From assembly GCF_006345805.1 (NCBI RefSeq), contig NC_043001.1:126046001-126110000 (forward strand): DNA of 64,000 nt. Reading direction: 5' to 3'. The notes beneath the pieces are model-generated. The model did not search any database. It was not told the DNA's origin and saw nothing but the letters and a program-made list of their open reading frames with translations. Positions 13,903 to 27,290 of the stretch are shown here, in pieces (positions within the stretch are counted from its first letter, which is position 1; the number at the start of each line of letters is the position of its first letter). Made by a program: the position numbers and the translations under genes. Source of the DNA: Octopus sinensis. Lineage: Eukaryota.

Positions 13903-13948
13903 TCTAGAGACATGCATGTTTCTGGGTCTTGCCCATCATCAGTCTAGA
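13903..13948 (-). ncRNA. Type I minimal hammerhead ribozyme motif (Penelope-type)
   Basis: Minus strand reads UCUAGA-CUGAUGA-UGGG(CAAGA)CCCA-GAAA-C(AUGCAU)G-UC-UCUAGA: full core, GUC triplet, palindromic stem III, 6-bp stem I. Confidence 0.8.
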
Positions 13949-14832
13949 GTAGCAGAAGCCTTCTAGCTGAAGATATCTGTCTAGACTTCATAAATATATC
14001 GCTCCACCACCGTACATATCTTTATGAGATATTTAGAAATTTAATATTTCTGATCTAAATATGAGAAACATCATGAAAATAGTTCAAACTGAAGTCCTTC
14101 TTGAGCGACACATTTTTCCATTTGAGCCAATACTGAATTACAGATAGCATTTATGGAGTTTTGATTTACTGTCGGGTGACTTTTGGCCAACCCTTGATAT
14201 ATATCATCATCATCATCATCATCATCGTTTAATGTCCTCCTTCCATACTAGTATGAGTTGGAAGGTTTAACAGGATCTGGCCAGGCAGGAGCCTGCACCA
14301 TACTTTGGTGTCTGTTTTTGGCATGGTTTTTACGGCTGGATGCCCTTCCTCACACCAACCACCCCGCAGTACATGTTTCAGTAATTTGATTGCGGCCATA
14401 CTGGAGCACCACCTTGAAAGGTTTTAGTGAAACAAATCGATCCCAAGACTTATTTTTTTTAAAGCCCAGTACTTATTCTGTCAGTTTCTTTTGCCCAACC
14501 GCTAAGCTAAGGGAACATAAACACACCAATACCAGTTGTCAAGTGGTGATGGGAGGACAAACACAGGCTCAGAGACATATACACACACATATATATACAT
14601 ATATGTATAAAATAAAATACAGAAGGGTTTTGAAATACCACTTACTATAAACAGAGCTATCACTCTAAACCACAATTTACTCACTATAAAAATAGTTCTG
14701 TTCATAACAAGTGGTATTTCAATACCCTTTTGTATTTTATTTATGTTTTACCTATAAATGTTTAAAATTGCTATTATTAACTCTATTATTAACATTATTA
14801 TTAATAATGTTAGTGATATTTATTTAAATTTA

Positions 14833-14905
<73 letters not shown>

Positions 14906-15299
14906 TGACAGGCTTCTTTCAGTTTCTGTCTACCAAATCCACTCACAAGGCTTTGGTGGGTCTGAGGGTATAGTAAAAGACACTTGCCCAAGGTGCCACA
15001 CAGTGGGACTGAAGCTGACACCATTTAGCTGCGTAACAAGTTTCTTATCACACAGCCGTGTCTGCACCTATATGTGTATGTTTGTGTGTGTGTGTGTGCC
15101 ATTATTCAGTTTTTTTTCAAGATTTCTTTCCAATAGAGAAAGAGCTGGTTTCTCACCTAGATCCAAGGCTCCTTCATTGGAATTTCAACAACATCAACAG
15201 GGTATTTTTGTATGTATGTATATGTGCAGAATTGTATATTTTGTATTATGTATGTATTCTCATGCATATGGTTGCACATCCAGACATGCTCATATATAC

Positions 15300-16200
15300 T
15301 TAAATGATAAACTTCTGGAAAGTTTTACAGATTTTTACAGTTCCAGTGATGGCTTTGATCTGTAGTCTCTGAATCAGCTTTCTCCTTTCTGGTTTTGGGA
15401 AGCTAATTTCTCAAGATTGGTATTTAGGCAGTGTATTACATATACCAGTGCCCCAATAATTACAAATATAAACCTGAACATGTAATCTGGATAGAGTTAC
15501 TGTAGATTTCTCAATAGTTCAGTGTAGGTATTTTCTTTTTCACTGATCTTCAGCTTTATGTTAACATCCACTGGGCAGCTAATTTCCACAACAGTACACA
15601 GTTTCTCTTCTCTATCCCAAATCATTATATCAGGTCTGTTGTGCTTACATTTTATTGAGGTTTCCATAGGACATTCAACCAGTACTCCTTTTTATTATGT
15701 ATGGCTATGGCTTCTACCATACTGTGCGTTCTTATTTCTTTGCCCTTGGAGTTATCCTGATAGATCTCATTATGCAGTATCCGAGCTATAACATCATGTC
15801 TCATTGGTAGATAATACTGTGATGATATTTTTGGACAGCTGCTTAAGATGTGGGTGATAACTTCGGTGTTAACTCTACAAAGTCTGCATCAGTTATCACA
15901 TTTTGTTGCTTTACCTGTGTCTCTATTCCTTTTGTGCATCGGGTATTTAGTTGACATTTCTTGTTCCTGGATTGCAAATGCAATACCCTTCAAAGTGGGA
16001 GTTAGTAATCCGGTTGTTGGTCCATGATAGACTGCTTTGATGATCAATGTTATTATCATCCCAGAACTTTTTACGAACATATCCATGCACAATCTTCTGC
16101 TGATGTATGCTCATCTTTCCATCTGATGATACATTGCAGTAGAGTCATGCAACCCCTTTGAGCAGGTACATACATAAGTAGGTAATTTCTGCAGAAATAA
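15300..16200 (-). mobile_element. Highly decayed R4/Dong-like retrotransposon fragment
   Basis: ORF 15889-16092 contains KGIAFAIQEQEMSTKY, resembling EGFLIAAQDQSLPTRNY of the 46 kb copy. Boundaries approximate. Confidence 0.55.
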
Positions 16201-16361
16201 CCTTATCAAAATAAGTAGGTAATATATTGTGGATAGATATCCCACATTGATTTTATTTGAAATGCATATAAAAATTGTAATTCAAAATTTAAATGGCTGT
16301 TCTGTTTTCTGATCTTTCAGAGGTTAACTTTGCCTTTCCTTTCTCTTGGAGAGAAGTTTAA

Positions 16362-16580
16362 CCCTTTAGTATTTAAACCGGCCATATCCGGCCAAAATAT
16401 TTAATCTGTTTTATACTCAAACTGACCAGATCCAGGCTCTCACACTTACCCTACAATGTTATTCTACATTAAGTAATTACACCATCAACATCTTGAAGAT
16501 ATGAGATAATGCATGATTAATTCAAATCAATGTGTATCAATAAGCATTATGTTTGATAGAATAATCTGAATGCTAAAGGG
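16362..16580. mobile_element. piggyBac-type MITE (TTAA|CCCTTTAG...CTAAAGGG|TTAA)
   Basis: TTAA on both sides and CCC/GGG termini. Relatives at 20016-20233, 21630-21855 and 36750-36935. Confidence 0.85.
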
Positions 16581-17050
16581 TTAAGGTATCAGTCTAGTAC
16601 CATGCTGATGTAATGGACTAACTCTTTTCCATTCCTTGTTGACTTTGTACTTAAATTGGAAACATTATTAGTATTTTGCAAGAGGCAGATAGAGATCGAT
16701 ATATATTGTGTACCGTTGGCGATTTTTTTTCCTCTGTCTTCCCTTCTCTGGATCTTTCCTTCTCCTATGTTTTCGACGAAGAGCTCCGCTCGAAACGTTA
16801 AACCCTCGTTCTTTCCTTCTTTCCTGAGCGTCCAATAATACTATATTTGTTCCACGTCCTCGCGTTGTGTTTTTTTTGTGCTATCTTGTTTGGATTAACT
16901 TTATATATATATATATATATATGTATATACATACAATAAAAGCAATTAAGATTCAAGTCAATTCTAATGAATTTACTTGAATGCGGTACTTAACTTAGAT
17001 GCACCAGAAAACTATATGGTGTTAACCATACAGTAATGTGGGGTGATTAT

Positions 17051-17205
17051 AAACGAGAAAGAAGCAACAAGAATGGATTAGTTTTTAGTACAATTGTTTC
17101 ATACAAAGACAGGCTTTCATACAATGTTTGCAACTTTTAATAAAGCCTGTCTTTGTATGAAACAATTGTACTAAAAACTAATCCATTCTTGTTGCTTCTT
17201 TCTCG

Positions 17206-17207
<2 letters not shown>
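17051..17207. repeat. Fold-back hairpin (about 70-bp arms)
   Basis: acgagaaagaagcaacaagaatggattag...acaggcttt / aaagcctgt...ttcttgttgcttctttctcgt. Confidence 0.9.
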
Positions 17208-17244
<37 letters not shown>

Positions 17245-17680
17245 ATATATATACTTGCAAATGTGGAAATATATATATATAATATGTGCAAATCTTTGGC
17301 TGGGCTCAAGGAGTCATACAAGAGCCTCACATTACATCAACAACGACGCATTTCAGTGATTCTTTCTAGCAGTGACTTTGCACATATATGAGAAAGCAGC
17401 TAAGATATATATATGTATGCGGATCTATATCTAGCGTAAGAGCGTCAACATAGTGGATTCTCTCTCATAGTTGTGTATTAATAATATTTACCTGAATCTC
17501 AGTCTTTTATACGCTAGGCCACTGGTGTTTAAATTGATGTTATTAAATTAATATCCAATTTTTTCACCCTCATTTTGACTATATATATATATATAGGGAG
17601 AGTTTACGAAAAAACAAAAGACGAAGACAGGTGGTGTACAAAACAAACAGATGTATTAGTATAACGCTCAGGAATAGAAA

Positions 17681-17893
17681 AAGTTTTTTACGTTTTGAGC
17701 CTACGCTCTTCTACAGAAAGAGACACAGAAAAAAACAATGAGAGAAAAAAATGTGTGTAGTGGCTAACAATCTATATATATATATATATATATATATAGA
17801 TTGTTAGCCACTACACACATTTTTTCTCTCCTTGTTTCTCTCCTTGTTTTTTTCTGTAGAAGAGCGTAGGCTCAAAACGTAAAAGACTTTCTC
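17681..17893. repeat. Fold-back hairpin around (TA)n with hammerhead-like relics
   Basis: ttacgttttgagcctacgctcttctacagaaa / tttctgtagaagagcgtaggctcaaaacgtaa. Confidence 0.88.
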
Positions 17894-18829
17894 TTTTATA
17901 TATATATATATATAAAGAGAGAAAGAGAGAGAGGCAATTATGTGGATAAATAAATTAGATGCTTCATATATATTAGATATGATAAATTTAAAATATGTAT
18001 ATATGTATAAATGCAAAACGAGAGAAAGCAAAAGGTGGAGACTTTCAGACGATGAATATCTAAGTACAAATATATAGATATTTATATTAATAAGTCCAAC
18101 TTACACAGAGTTCAAATGACAGAGAAAATTAAAGAGAGAGAGAGAGAAGGAAGAGAAAGAGAGAGAGAGAGAGAAAGTAGATTGTTTGTTATATTTGTCG
18201 TGTGTTTTATTTTATTATTGAATTTTCCAATATGTTTCCTTCTTTATTTTTTTATGACATTTTATTCAGTGGCAGGTCTACCCTGAAATGTTACTCTTAT
18301 CTATGAAAGTTATATTCTTTTTTTTTTATCCCTTTTTATTTATTTATATTTTTTTTGGATATTTTGTTGTGATTTGTTTCCCTTAATCCAACTTCTTGAT
18401 AAGAAGTATATTAGAAGGGAGCGATAAGAGTTAAGAACAAGAGGTCATCCTAACAGTTTGTAATTATACAAAATTGATTAGATATGGTATCTACTGTAAA
18501 AGAGTATATAATTTCCTGATGAATCTACTCAACTGTCATATCACCTCCAACTTGTCATATCACCTATATACCATTTAAAAATTTTTTCTGCAGTCATTTA
18601 TATAGCAGAACCAGTGTAGCACCCAACAGAATGCCTTGTAGTGCTTAGTTATGTTTCTTTTCATGTTTTAAGGTAAACCCTTGCACTTTTTTTTTATTTT
18701 TAATTTCTTGAAAATAAAAACAAACATAAGAATTCAGAGCTGACATATCTCTGAATGAACCTTGAATTGGATATACCCCTATTATATGAGCCTACAAGTG
18801 AGCCTCTTTGCAGTCATTTTACATGTTAG

Positions 18830-19162
18830 AAATCTGAGACCCCCTTCGGTTACAACACAGACCATGGGATTGCACCTAGAAAGTTACCCTCCCAGGCACA
18901 AGTCCAAGCAAGGTTGTTTATGGAAGACCAGCAGTCGCCCATGCATACCGGCCTCCCCTCTCCATACCACTGATGTTATCCAAGAGAAAGGCAAAGGCTG
19001 ATACAGCTTGGCACCTGTGATGTCGTAACTCATTTCTACAGCTGAGTGAACTAGAGCAACATGAAATAAAGTGTCTTGCTCAAGAACACAACACACAGCC
19101 TGGTCCGGGATTCGAGCTCACAACCTCACAATTGTAAGCTCGACACTCTAACCACTGAGCGC
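18830..19162 (-). mobile_element. tRNA-derived SINE family E
   Basis: Minus strand gctcagtggttagagtgtcg...gagctcgaatccc head followed by CORE-like gtgttcttgagcaagacactttatttca. Confidence 0.7.
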
Positions 19163-19387
19163 CTTCATGTGTTAGAAATACAAGGACATATATTCCAGAT
19201 GTGCTAGATGTGTGCTGCACACCCATTGAAAATGGCAAATTCATTATAAATATTAACCCTACTCATTAATTTAATCACAAATCTTAATGGAAAACTTTTG
19301 TTATACCCCTGAAATTTGGTGGCATTGGGTGTAGCAGCACATCCAATACAACAACCACCATGTGCCATTGTAGAAATAGTAGTTAAG

Positions 19388-19775
19388 TGTGGAGGCGTAA
19401 TGGCCCAGTGGTTAGGGCAGCGGACTCGCGGTCATAGGATCGCGGTTTCGATTCCCAGACCGGGCGTTCTGAGTGTTTATTGAGCGAAAACACCTAAAGC
19501 TCCACGAGGCTCCGGCAGGGGATGGTGGTGATCCCTGCTGTACTCTTTCACCACAACTTTCTCTCACTCTTTCTTCCTGTTTCTGTTGTACCTGTATTTC
19601 AAGGGGCCGGCCTTGTCACTCTCTGTGTCACGCTGAATATCCCCGAGAACTACGTTAAGGGTGCACGTGTCTGTGGAGTGCTCAGCCACTTACACATTAA
19701 TTTCACGAGCAGGCTGTTCCGTTGATTCGGATCAACCGGAACCCTCATCGTCGTAACCGACGGAGTGCTTCCATC
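19388..19775 (+). mobile_element. tRNA-derived SINE family C, tail type 1
   Basis: A/B-box head gtggaggcgtaatggcccagtggttagggcagcggactc...ggtttcgattccc, then a tail ending ...gtcgtaaccgacggagtgcttcca. Confidence 0.85.
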
Positions 19776-20776
19776 AGTAGTTAAGTCTCACTCAAATCAC
19801 ACACAACCATCTTAAAAATGAAAGGAGACATGATAATGTGCTTCCAAATACACCCTGCTTGAAAATAAGATGGGATGGTCATAGCTGAAGTGCTTTTGAT
19901 CATAGGTCTGCTTGATCTGGACTGGCCTGATGCAAGTAATCAACTCAGTAAAGTACCATTTATTCCTATAGAAAACAGTATTCCAAATCTTTCAGTTGAG
20001 AGTGGTGTCCTTTAACCCTTTAGTGTTCGCATTATTCTACCAAAATTAATGCTTTTTTTTTTTTGTTTTGAACTAATCATGCATTATCTTGTAGCTTTGA
20101 GATTTTGATGAGGTAGCTGTTAATTTTTAACACGATATTGTAGGGTTGGTGTGAGAGACCAGATATGGCCAGTTTGAACATAAAACAGGCAGAATACTTT
20201 TGGCCGGATATGGCCGGTTTAAATGCTAAAGGGTTAAGGCAGATTTTTGGGCCCGGTTCTCTTTCTTATTCATATCAACGAAAGATTTTTGTTTTCAAAT
20301 TAACAATGCTAAAGTTATGTGATAACAATGCCTAATTATTTCTAGACTCCAAAATACTATAAATGATGAATAAAAATTTAGTTCAATGGGTCAATTCACT
20401 TCATGTAAAAATTGGTATGTCCAAATGCAATGTTTTATAATTAGGGCATGGTAATATTCACAAATAATAAGGTGGCAAGCTGGCAGAAATGTTAGCATGC
20501 CAGGTGAAATGCTTAGCGGTATTTCGTCTGTCTTTACATTCTGAGTTCAAATTCCGCTGAGGTCGACTTTGCCTTTCATCATTTCCGGGATCAATAAATT
20601 AGGTACCAGTTGTGTACTGGGGTTGATCTAATCGACTATCTCCCTCCCCCAAAATTTCAGGCCTTGTGCCTAGAGTAGAAAAGAATATTCACAAATGATA
20701 CAAACTGGATTCTACTCATTCCATTGTTTCTAGTATCAAAGATCAAGGTATAACTGTGTCTGGTGATTTAAAATTT

Positions 20777-20818
<42 letters not shown>

Positions 20819-20823
<5 letters not shown>

Positions 20824-21117
20824 AGGCACAATGGCCTAGTGGTTAGGGCAGTGGACTCGCTGTCGCAGGATCGCGGTTTCGATTCCCAGACCGGGTGTTG
20901 TGAGTGTTTATTGAACGAAAACACCTAAAAGCTCCACGAGGCTCCGGCAGGGGGTGGTGATCCCTGCTGTACTCTTTCACCACTCTTTCTCCCACTCTTT
21001 CTTCTGTCGGCCTGCTCGCTTAGCCAGCAGGGTGGCATCATTCAAAGGCTAAAACAATGCGAACGCATTGTGACCAGCGATGTGTAACTACATCTGATGG
21101 TCTGGTCGGTCACGTGA

Positions 21118-21120
<3 letters not shown>
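20819..21120 (+). mobile_element. tRNA-derived SINE family C, tail type 2
   Basis: Same head and body as 19388, then a different tail (cctgctcgcttagccagc...ggtcacgtgatga). Also at 41597-41910 (-) and 44213-44520 (-). Confidence 0.85.
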
Positions 21121-21156
<36 letters not shown>

Positions 21157-21339
21157 TGTCATGTATACATACACATATGTATAATTATTAACAACAGAAG
21201 CAGTATTACTACCAAAAAGCAATCTTTATATTAAACCTAACATTGATGCCAAATACTGCATACTTACCTTGTGAGGACCTTTCATTTAGATGCATGGTGC
21301 ATAGATGTACACAAAACATCCACATTAAGTTGGATGGAC

Positions 21340-21570
21340 GGACATGCATGCATGCATGCATACATGCATACATGCATCCATACATGCATACATACATACA
21401 TACATACATACCTACATACATACCTACCTACCTACCTACCTACGTACGTACGTACGTACGTACATACATACATACATACATACATACATACATACATACA
21501 TACATACCTACCTACCCACCTAAAAAAAACCACCCACCTACCTACCCACCTACATACATACATACATAGC
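21340..21570. repeat. (CATA/CCTA/CGTA)n tetranucleotide tract
   Basis: Direct inspection. Confidence 0.95.
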
Positions 21571-21929
21571 TTCAAGATTTCAATGATGTGATTGTTTTTT
21601 TAAATATAAAAATTGGAACATCTTGTTTTAACACCTTAGCATTTAAACCAGCCATATCCAGACCTAAATGTTCTACATGTTTCATCCTCAAACTGGTGAG
21701 ATCTGGCCTCTCATGGCAACCCTACAATCTCATTCTAAAGATAAACAATCATTTCACTGAAATCTTGAAGCTATAAGACAATGCATAATTAATTCAAAGC
21801 AACATGAATAAATAAACATTACATTTGACTGAATAATCTGAATTCTAAAGGTTAAAAAACAATTATTTTGTCTTGCCCTTCTTTTTTTTTCTTATTATAT
21901 CTATAAAATTATTTTTTCTAACCAATCCT

Positions 21930-22296
21930 ATGACTGGCACCTGGCAGATGCCAGGACCCCTGGACTGGAGATATGTAAAAAGCACTATCCGAATCGTGGC
22001 CGATGCCAGCACTGCCTCGACTGGCTTCCGTGTCGGTGGCACGTAAAAAGCATCATCCGAATCGTGGCCGAAGCCAGTGCCGCCTCGACTGGCTTCCGTG
22101 CAGGTGGCACGTAAAAAGCACCCACTACACTCACGGAGTGGTTGGCGTTAGGAAGGGCATCCAGCTGTAGAAACATTGCCAGATAAGACCGGAGCCTGGT
22201 GCAGTCTTCTGGCTTCCCAGATCCCCGGTCGAACCGTCCAACCCATGCTAGCATGGAGAACGGACGTTAAACGATGATGATGATGATGATGATGTA
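21930..22296 (+). mobile_element. RTE-tail element (family D) ending in (GAT)n
   Basis: Core tggttggcgttaggaagggcatccagctgtagaaac...ccaacccatgctagcatgga...cggacgttaaacgatgatgat. Other copies near 86-215, 490-660, 14212-14370, 23374-23580, 28637-28845, 37300-37550, 41380-41590 and 51850-52190. Confidence 0.75.
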
Positions 22297-22350
22297 TTGA
22301 GCAAGTAAATAAAACACCCAACAAAAACAAAGCACCAGACAGCTTTATTT

Positions 22351-22466
22351 ATAAGTTTCTTTATTGGCCACACAGGGCTGCACACAGATGGGACAAATTA
22401 CAAGGTAGAGCTTTTCTTTTGGGGGATGAAAAAAAAAAAAAAATTGGCGCAGGTTTTCGATCAAAA
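22351..22466 (-). mobile_element. Short retroposed 3' fragment with 13-bp TSD
   Basis: TSD gacagctttattt at 22338-22350 and 22467-22479; same sequence as 9062-9170. Confidence 0.8.
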
Positions 22467-23766
22467 GACAGCTTTATTTATGCTACAGTAAACAGTAGGA
22501 AAATTATGTCATGGTCTAATAACTGATGATATTTGATGAGTCTATACAGTAGGGATTTCAATTGTCAGGATTTAAACCTGCTTACAATTTTTAATTTCAC
22601 TTTAGGTATTGGTGGTGGGGTAGAGGGTAGGAAGGATCCAGTTTGAAATTAAAAAAATCTTCTCTTCATGTGGTATGATGCCAATTTTATTAATTATTGT
22701 CATTATTGTTTAACTCTGCATCAACCTTGACTGAGCAGATTGTATGACAAAAGATGTTACTATTCTGGCTTTAAGTCTTTTTCAAAATGTTAGGTTGTGA
22801 TTAGGGAGAGATTTAGCTGCTATTTCTCGTAGGTTGAACTTCCATATAAGGCTCTATACTCTTTTTTTACTTCATTTTTTAACTAAATCTCTTTCAAATT
22901 GCCTCTTAACATTTTGAAATGGATAAACAAAGCAGAATCAGCATAGTTAGACATAGAGCTAAACCACAACAGTTGATAAAATTTGTGTGTCATGCCACCA
23001 TAAAAAGAGATGAGCTGTGTCAGTTCAGGCGAGGTTCTTCTTTACACCCACCTTCCATTGAAAAATGAAACCTGAAAGAATGTATAATCCCTAACAATTG
23101 AAGTTGCTGCTGTCTAGCACTGATTAAATTTCACAAATTATTGGGTCATAAGATCTCAGATTTTTCTGATGTGGAAACTGATATGACATTTAGGATTTTC
23201 CCAATGTTAATCTATTGCCAACAACACTAACTGGTAGGACTTTTTAATTGTTTCTTGTTGACAAAAACTACCAATAATTTCCTGTAGTCATTTAATTGGA
23301 TATTAATCGAAGTACCAGAAATTATCAGTTATATCTTAACTTAAATGATTACACCGAATTGTAATAAAATATTCATCATCATCATCATCATCGTTTAACG
23401 TCTGTTTTCCATGCTAGCATGGGTTGGATGGTTCGACCGGGGTCTGGGAAGCCAGGAGGCTGCACCAGGCTCCAGTCTGATCTGGCTGTGTTTCTACAGC
23501 TGGATACCCTTCCTAACACCAACCACTCTGTGAGTGTAGTGGGTGCTTTTTACATGCCACCGGCACAGGGGCCAGGGAAGGCTGGCAAACGGCCATGATT
23601 GGTTGGTACTTTATTATAATAACAAAAATGAAAATATATTTGTATTCATGTATTTGTTTTTGCAAAACTCTTGATGTGAAATTGTGTCGAAACATTTATA
23701 TTTTGCTAGAGGTTGGTATAGATAAATTATGCAGCAGAGGTTTAATCAGTGTATTCACATGATGTA

Positions 23767-25036
23767 TTAGGTTGTCAAGTATGAAATTTGTAGAAAAGAA
23801 GAAAAAGTTTGCTAATGTTTTGTAAATACAAGGAATAGTTTTATTCATCAAATTATGCACCCATATTGTCAATACACTTTGGCCATTTCAGTGGTAGCTT
23901 GTCCAGCCCAGAACTGTAAAAGCCTGGCAATCTAGAGTCAATAAAATCTTGGAAGGCCTGTTTTACAGTATCGTTGGAATTAAATTTGTTTCCTTTCAAA
24001 AAGTTATCCAAATTCTGGAAGAAGTGGTAGTCAGTGGGGGCAAAATCAGGTGAGTATAGTGGATGATGGAGAACTTCACACTCCAACTCCTGTAGTTTCA
24101 CCAATGTCATTTTTGCGATGTGTGGTCTGGTGTTATCTTGCAATAAAGTAGGAATGGATATGTTGACTAATCTAAGCTGGTTTTTTATAAGTTCCTGCAT
24201 CATTTGGTCCAGTTGGCTGCAGTATACTTCAGCCGTGATTGATGAGCCAGGTTTAATGAAATCATAATGGATCATACCTGCATCAGACAACCAAACACAC
24301 ACCATCAGCTTCTTTTGATGAATTTTGCTTTTTGGACTCTGTTTTGGTGGCTCATCTTTGTCCAACCATTGTGCTGAACATCTACGGTTGTTGTATTGGG
24401 TCCATTTCTCATCACATTACAACTTGATTCAAAAATGATTCATTTTGTGACGAGAAAGTAACATAATGCAGGCTTCTAAACGTTGCTGTTTCTGATTTTC
24501 ATTGAGTTCATGTGGAACCCACTTATCCAACTTTTTCACTTTACGGATTTGAACTAGGTGAGTCAATATTATTTGCTTGCTAACACCAAACAACAACGAT
24601 AATTCATGGGCACTTTGAGATGAATCTGACTTGATGGTGGCTTTCAGTTCGTCATTATCCACCTTTATTTCTGGTTGACCACATTGCTCATTTATGAGGC
24701 AAAAGTTACCAGAACGAAATTTTGCAAACCAGTTTGATACTGTCTGCTGTAGAATGAAATACTCTATTAATATTCTGAGCTGTCTGTGATACTGTATTTC
24801 TAAGAAAGAACTCATATTTCAAAACTGTACAAATTTCTGACTTATCCATCTCTAAACAAAAATAGCAAAAAATGATTTATAAATACTTTATAAAGTGCAA
24901 AATGAGTTAGAATAAAGAAATAGATGTGTCAGCTTTCTTACAAAAAATAAAGATTGTCAAAATAATGGCACAAAATGAGCAGCTGTCAAAGTTTACCATA
25001 TACCTTACTACAAATATTGTGTTCTTGATAACCTAA
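23767..25036 (-). mobile_element. Full-length decayed mariner (DD34D, Mos1-like) transposon
   Basis: About 1.27 kb, TIRs ttaggttgtcaag.../...cttgataacctaa, TA on both sides. Broken transposase with WVPHEL (ORF 24429-24815) and YSPDFAPTDY (ORF 23853-24365). Confidence 0.93.
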
Positions 25037-25213
25037 TATATTCTTTTATTCTTTTACTTGTTTCAGTCATGACTGTAGCTATGTTGGGGCACTGCCTTGA
25101 GGTGTTTTAGTCAAACAAATTGATCCCAGGATGTATTTTTTTAAAGCCTAGTACTTATCTACTGTGAATTTTGTTTCATTTTGAAAAATAAAAAAAATTC
25201 ATTTTATGGTTTA

Positions 25214-25609
25214 CTAGCAGTATCGCCCGGCATTGCTCGGGTTTGTAAGGGAAATAACTATATAAGCATTTTTAGAGAGTTATAGCCAAAAAATAGCAAA
25301 AAATGCATTAAAAATGGAAAAAAAATGATGGTAAATTTTTTTTAAATCGTTGACTCATCGTAGACATTTTTAGAGAGTTACTTCCCTTATATAATAGCGA
25401 AAAAATGCATTAAAATGGAAAAAAATGATGGTAAATTTTTTTTAAATCGTAGACTCATCGTAGACGTGTGCTAATACCCAGAAGGGCTCGATATGAATCA
25501 CGACTATAAGATACCCAGTTTTGGTTAAACTGCACCGCAAAATGTGGGAGTAGTTAGGAATCTAAATCGCAGGAGACAGACACACAACCTTACTTTTATA
25601 TATAAAGAT
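25214..25609 (+). mobile_element. Helitron/Helentron-like non-autonomous element (ACTAGCAGTATCGCCCGG...TATATAAAGAT)
   Basis: Five near-identical copies without TSD or TIR (also 47881-48184 minus, 49523-49830, 56940-57246, 58563-58868), 5' hairpin cccggcgttgctcggg. Superfamily assignment is inference. Confidence 0.7.
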
Positions 25610-26245
25610 TAGTGTTTACATTTTGAACCATTTTTACATATCTTTGAGAGCACTAAAACCTTTTAAGTGCTTAGGGCATCTATGGGTCTTAATCTGGCCC
25701 TGCATCTGACCCATACCATCATGGAAAATGAATATTGAATGATGATGATGAATGATGGTGACTACCTTGTAATATTTAGTTACAGCTCTCAGCTCCATCA
25801 AGGTTGTCTTTTATCCTTCAGACATCAGTAAAGAACCCTTTCATTACCAACCCGACTGAAACCGGCTCTGGATCTGAGTACAAATGTCTTGTTTTCAAAC
25901 GTTTTGAATTAAAATTTTCCACCAAACATTAGTTACAAACTATGTTCCGAACACTAGCTGAATGATAACTAAGTTATTTTACTAAATTCTTTATTATATT
26001 TAAAGTAATTGAAAGAAACACAGAGCGTCTCAAAATAAATACAGTAACAAAAGGGTTAAGTATTGGAATTCATATAATCAACTTTTTCCATTGCCCACTT
26101 CTAAAAGCTGCCAAAATTTCTTGCCTTGTGTCTGAAGAAGAAATAATATAAGTATTATTTTGATTCCATAATAATTTTTGTTCTTTTATGAACTACTCTA
26201 GTTTTGAATCCTGTGGATGAGTTTGTGGGAAATTAGCCTGGCACC

Positions 26246-26321
26246 ATGATTCTACGGCTAAACAAAGTGATGTCGGAGCAGTTCCCTCAAGTTGCTACGA
26301 AAGTGAATTCTCTACAACCAG
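26246..26321 (+). CDS. ALPK1: ALPK1-like, probable coding exon 1 (MILRLNKVMSEQFPQVATKVNSLQP, phase 1)
   Basis: ATG in strong context (gcaccATG) with an in-frame TAG just upstream. Donor ccag|gtaaaa leaves phase 1, matching the next exon (G+AT = Asp). No recognisable homology in this exon, so it rests on splice logic. Confidence 0.55.
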
Positions 26322-27189
26322 GTAAAACTAAAATGGAAAATTTATTGTGTGTGTGTACATGCATGCATACTCTTTACTCTTTACTCTTTTACATGTTTCA
26401 GTCATTTGACTGCGGCCATGCTAGAGCACCGCCTTTAGTCAAGCAAATCGACCCTGGGATTTATTCTTTGTAAGCCCAGTACTTATTCCATCGGTCTCTT
26501 TTGCTGAACCGCTAAGTGACAGGGACGTAAACATACCAGCATCGGTTGTCAAGCAATGCTAGGGGGACAAACACAGACACACAAACACACACACACATAC
26601 ACACATACATATATATACATATATACGACAGCTTCTTTCAGTTTCCGTCTACCAAATCCACTCACAAGCCATTGGTCGGCCTGGGGCTATGGCAGAAGAC
26701 ACTTGCCCAAGATGCCACGCAGTGGGACTGAACCCGGAACCATGTGGTTGGTTAGCAAGCTACTTACCACACAGCCACTCCTGCGCCTATATATGTATGT
26801 TTCATCCTCTATATATGTATGTTTCATCCTCATCATCATCTTTATCACTTCCACCTCCAACATCATCATTGTCATCTTTGCTATAATCACTATTGCAACT
26901 ACCAAATTTGTCATCATCCTTTCCTTCATTACAAGTACCACAGGCAATCATCATTACCACCGACACCCCCAACCATCCATGAACACCATCACAACCACCC
27001 TACTACCTCCACCACCTCTACCACCGCCTTCACCACTGCCACCACCTCCACCACCACTGCCCACTGCCACATCTCCTCCTCTTCCTTATCATCACCATCC
27101 TTGTTGTTTTTTATCCTTGTCATCATCATCATCAATGTCATAATTGTCATGTTGTTAACAGCAGCATCACTGCTGTCTCTGCTGCTGAT

Positions 27190-27255
27190 GTGGCTATAAT
27201 CACCACCACCACCACCACCACCACAACAACAACAACAATAACAAGAAGCCTGTGC

Positions 27256-27290
<35 letters not shown>

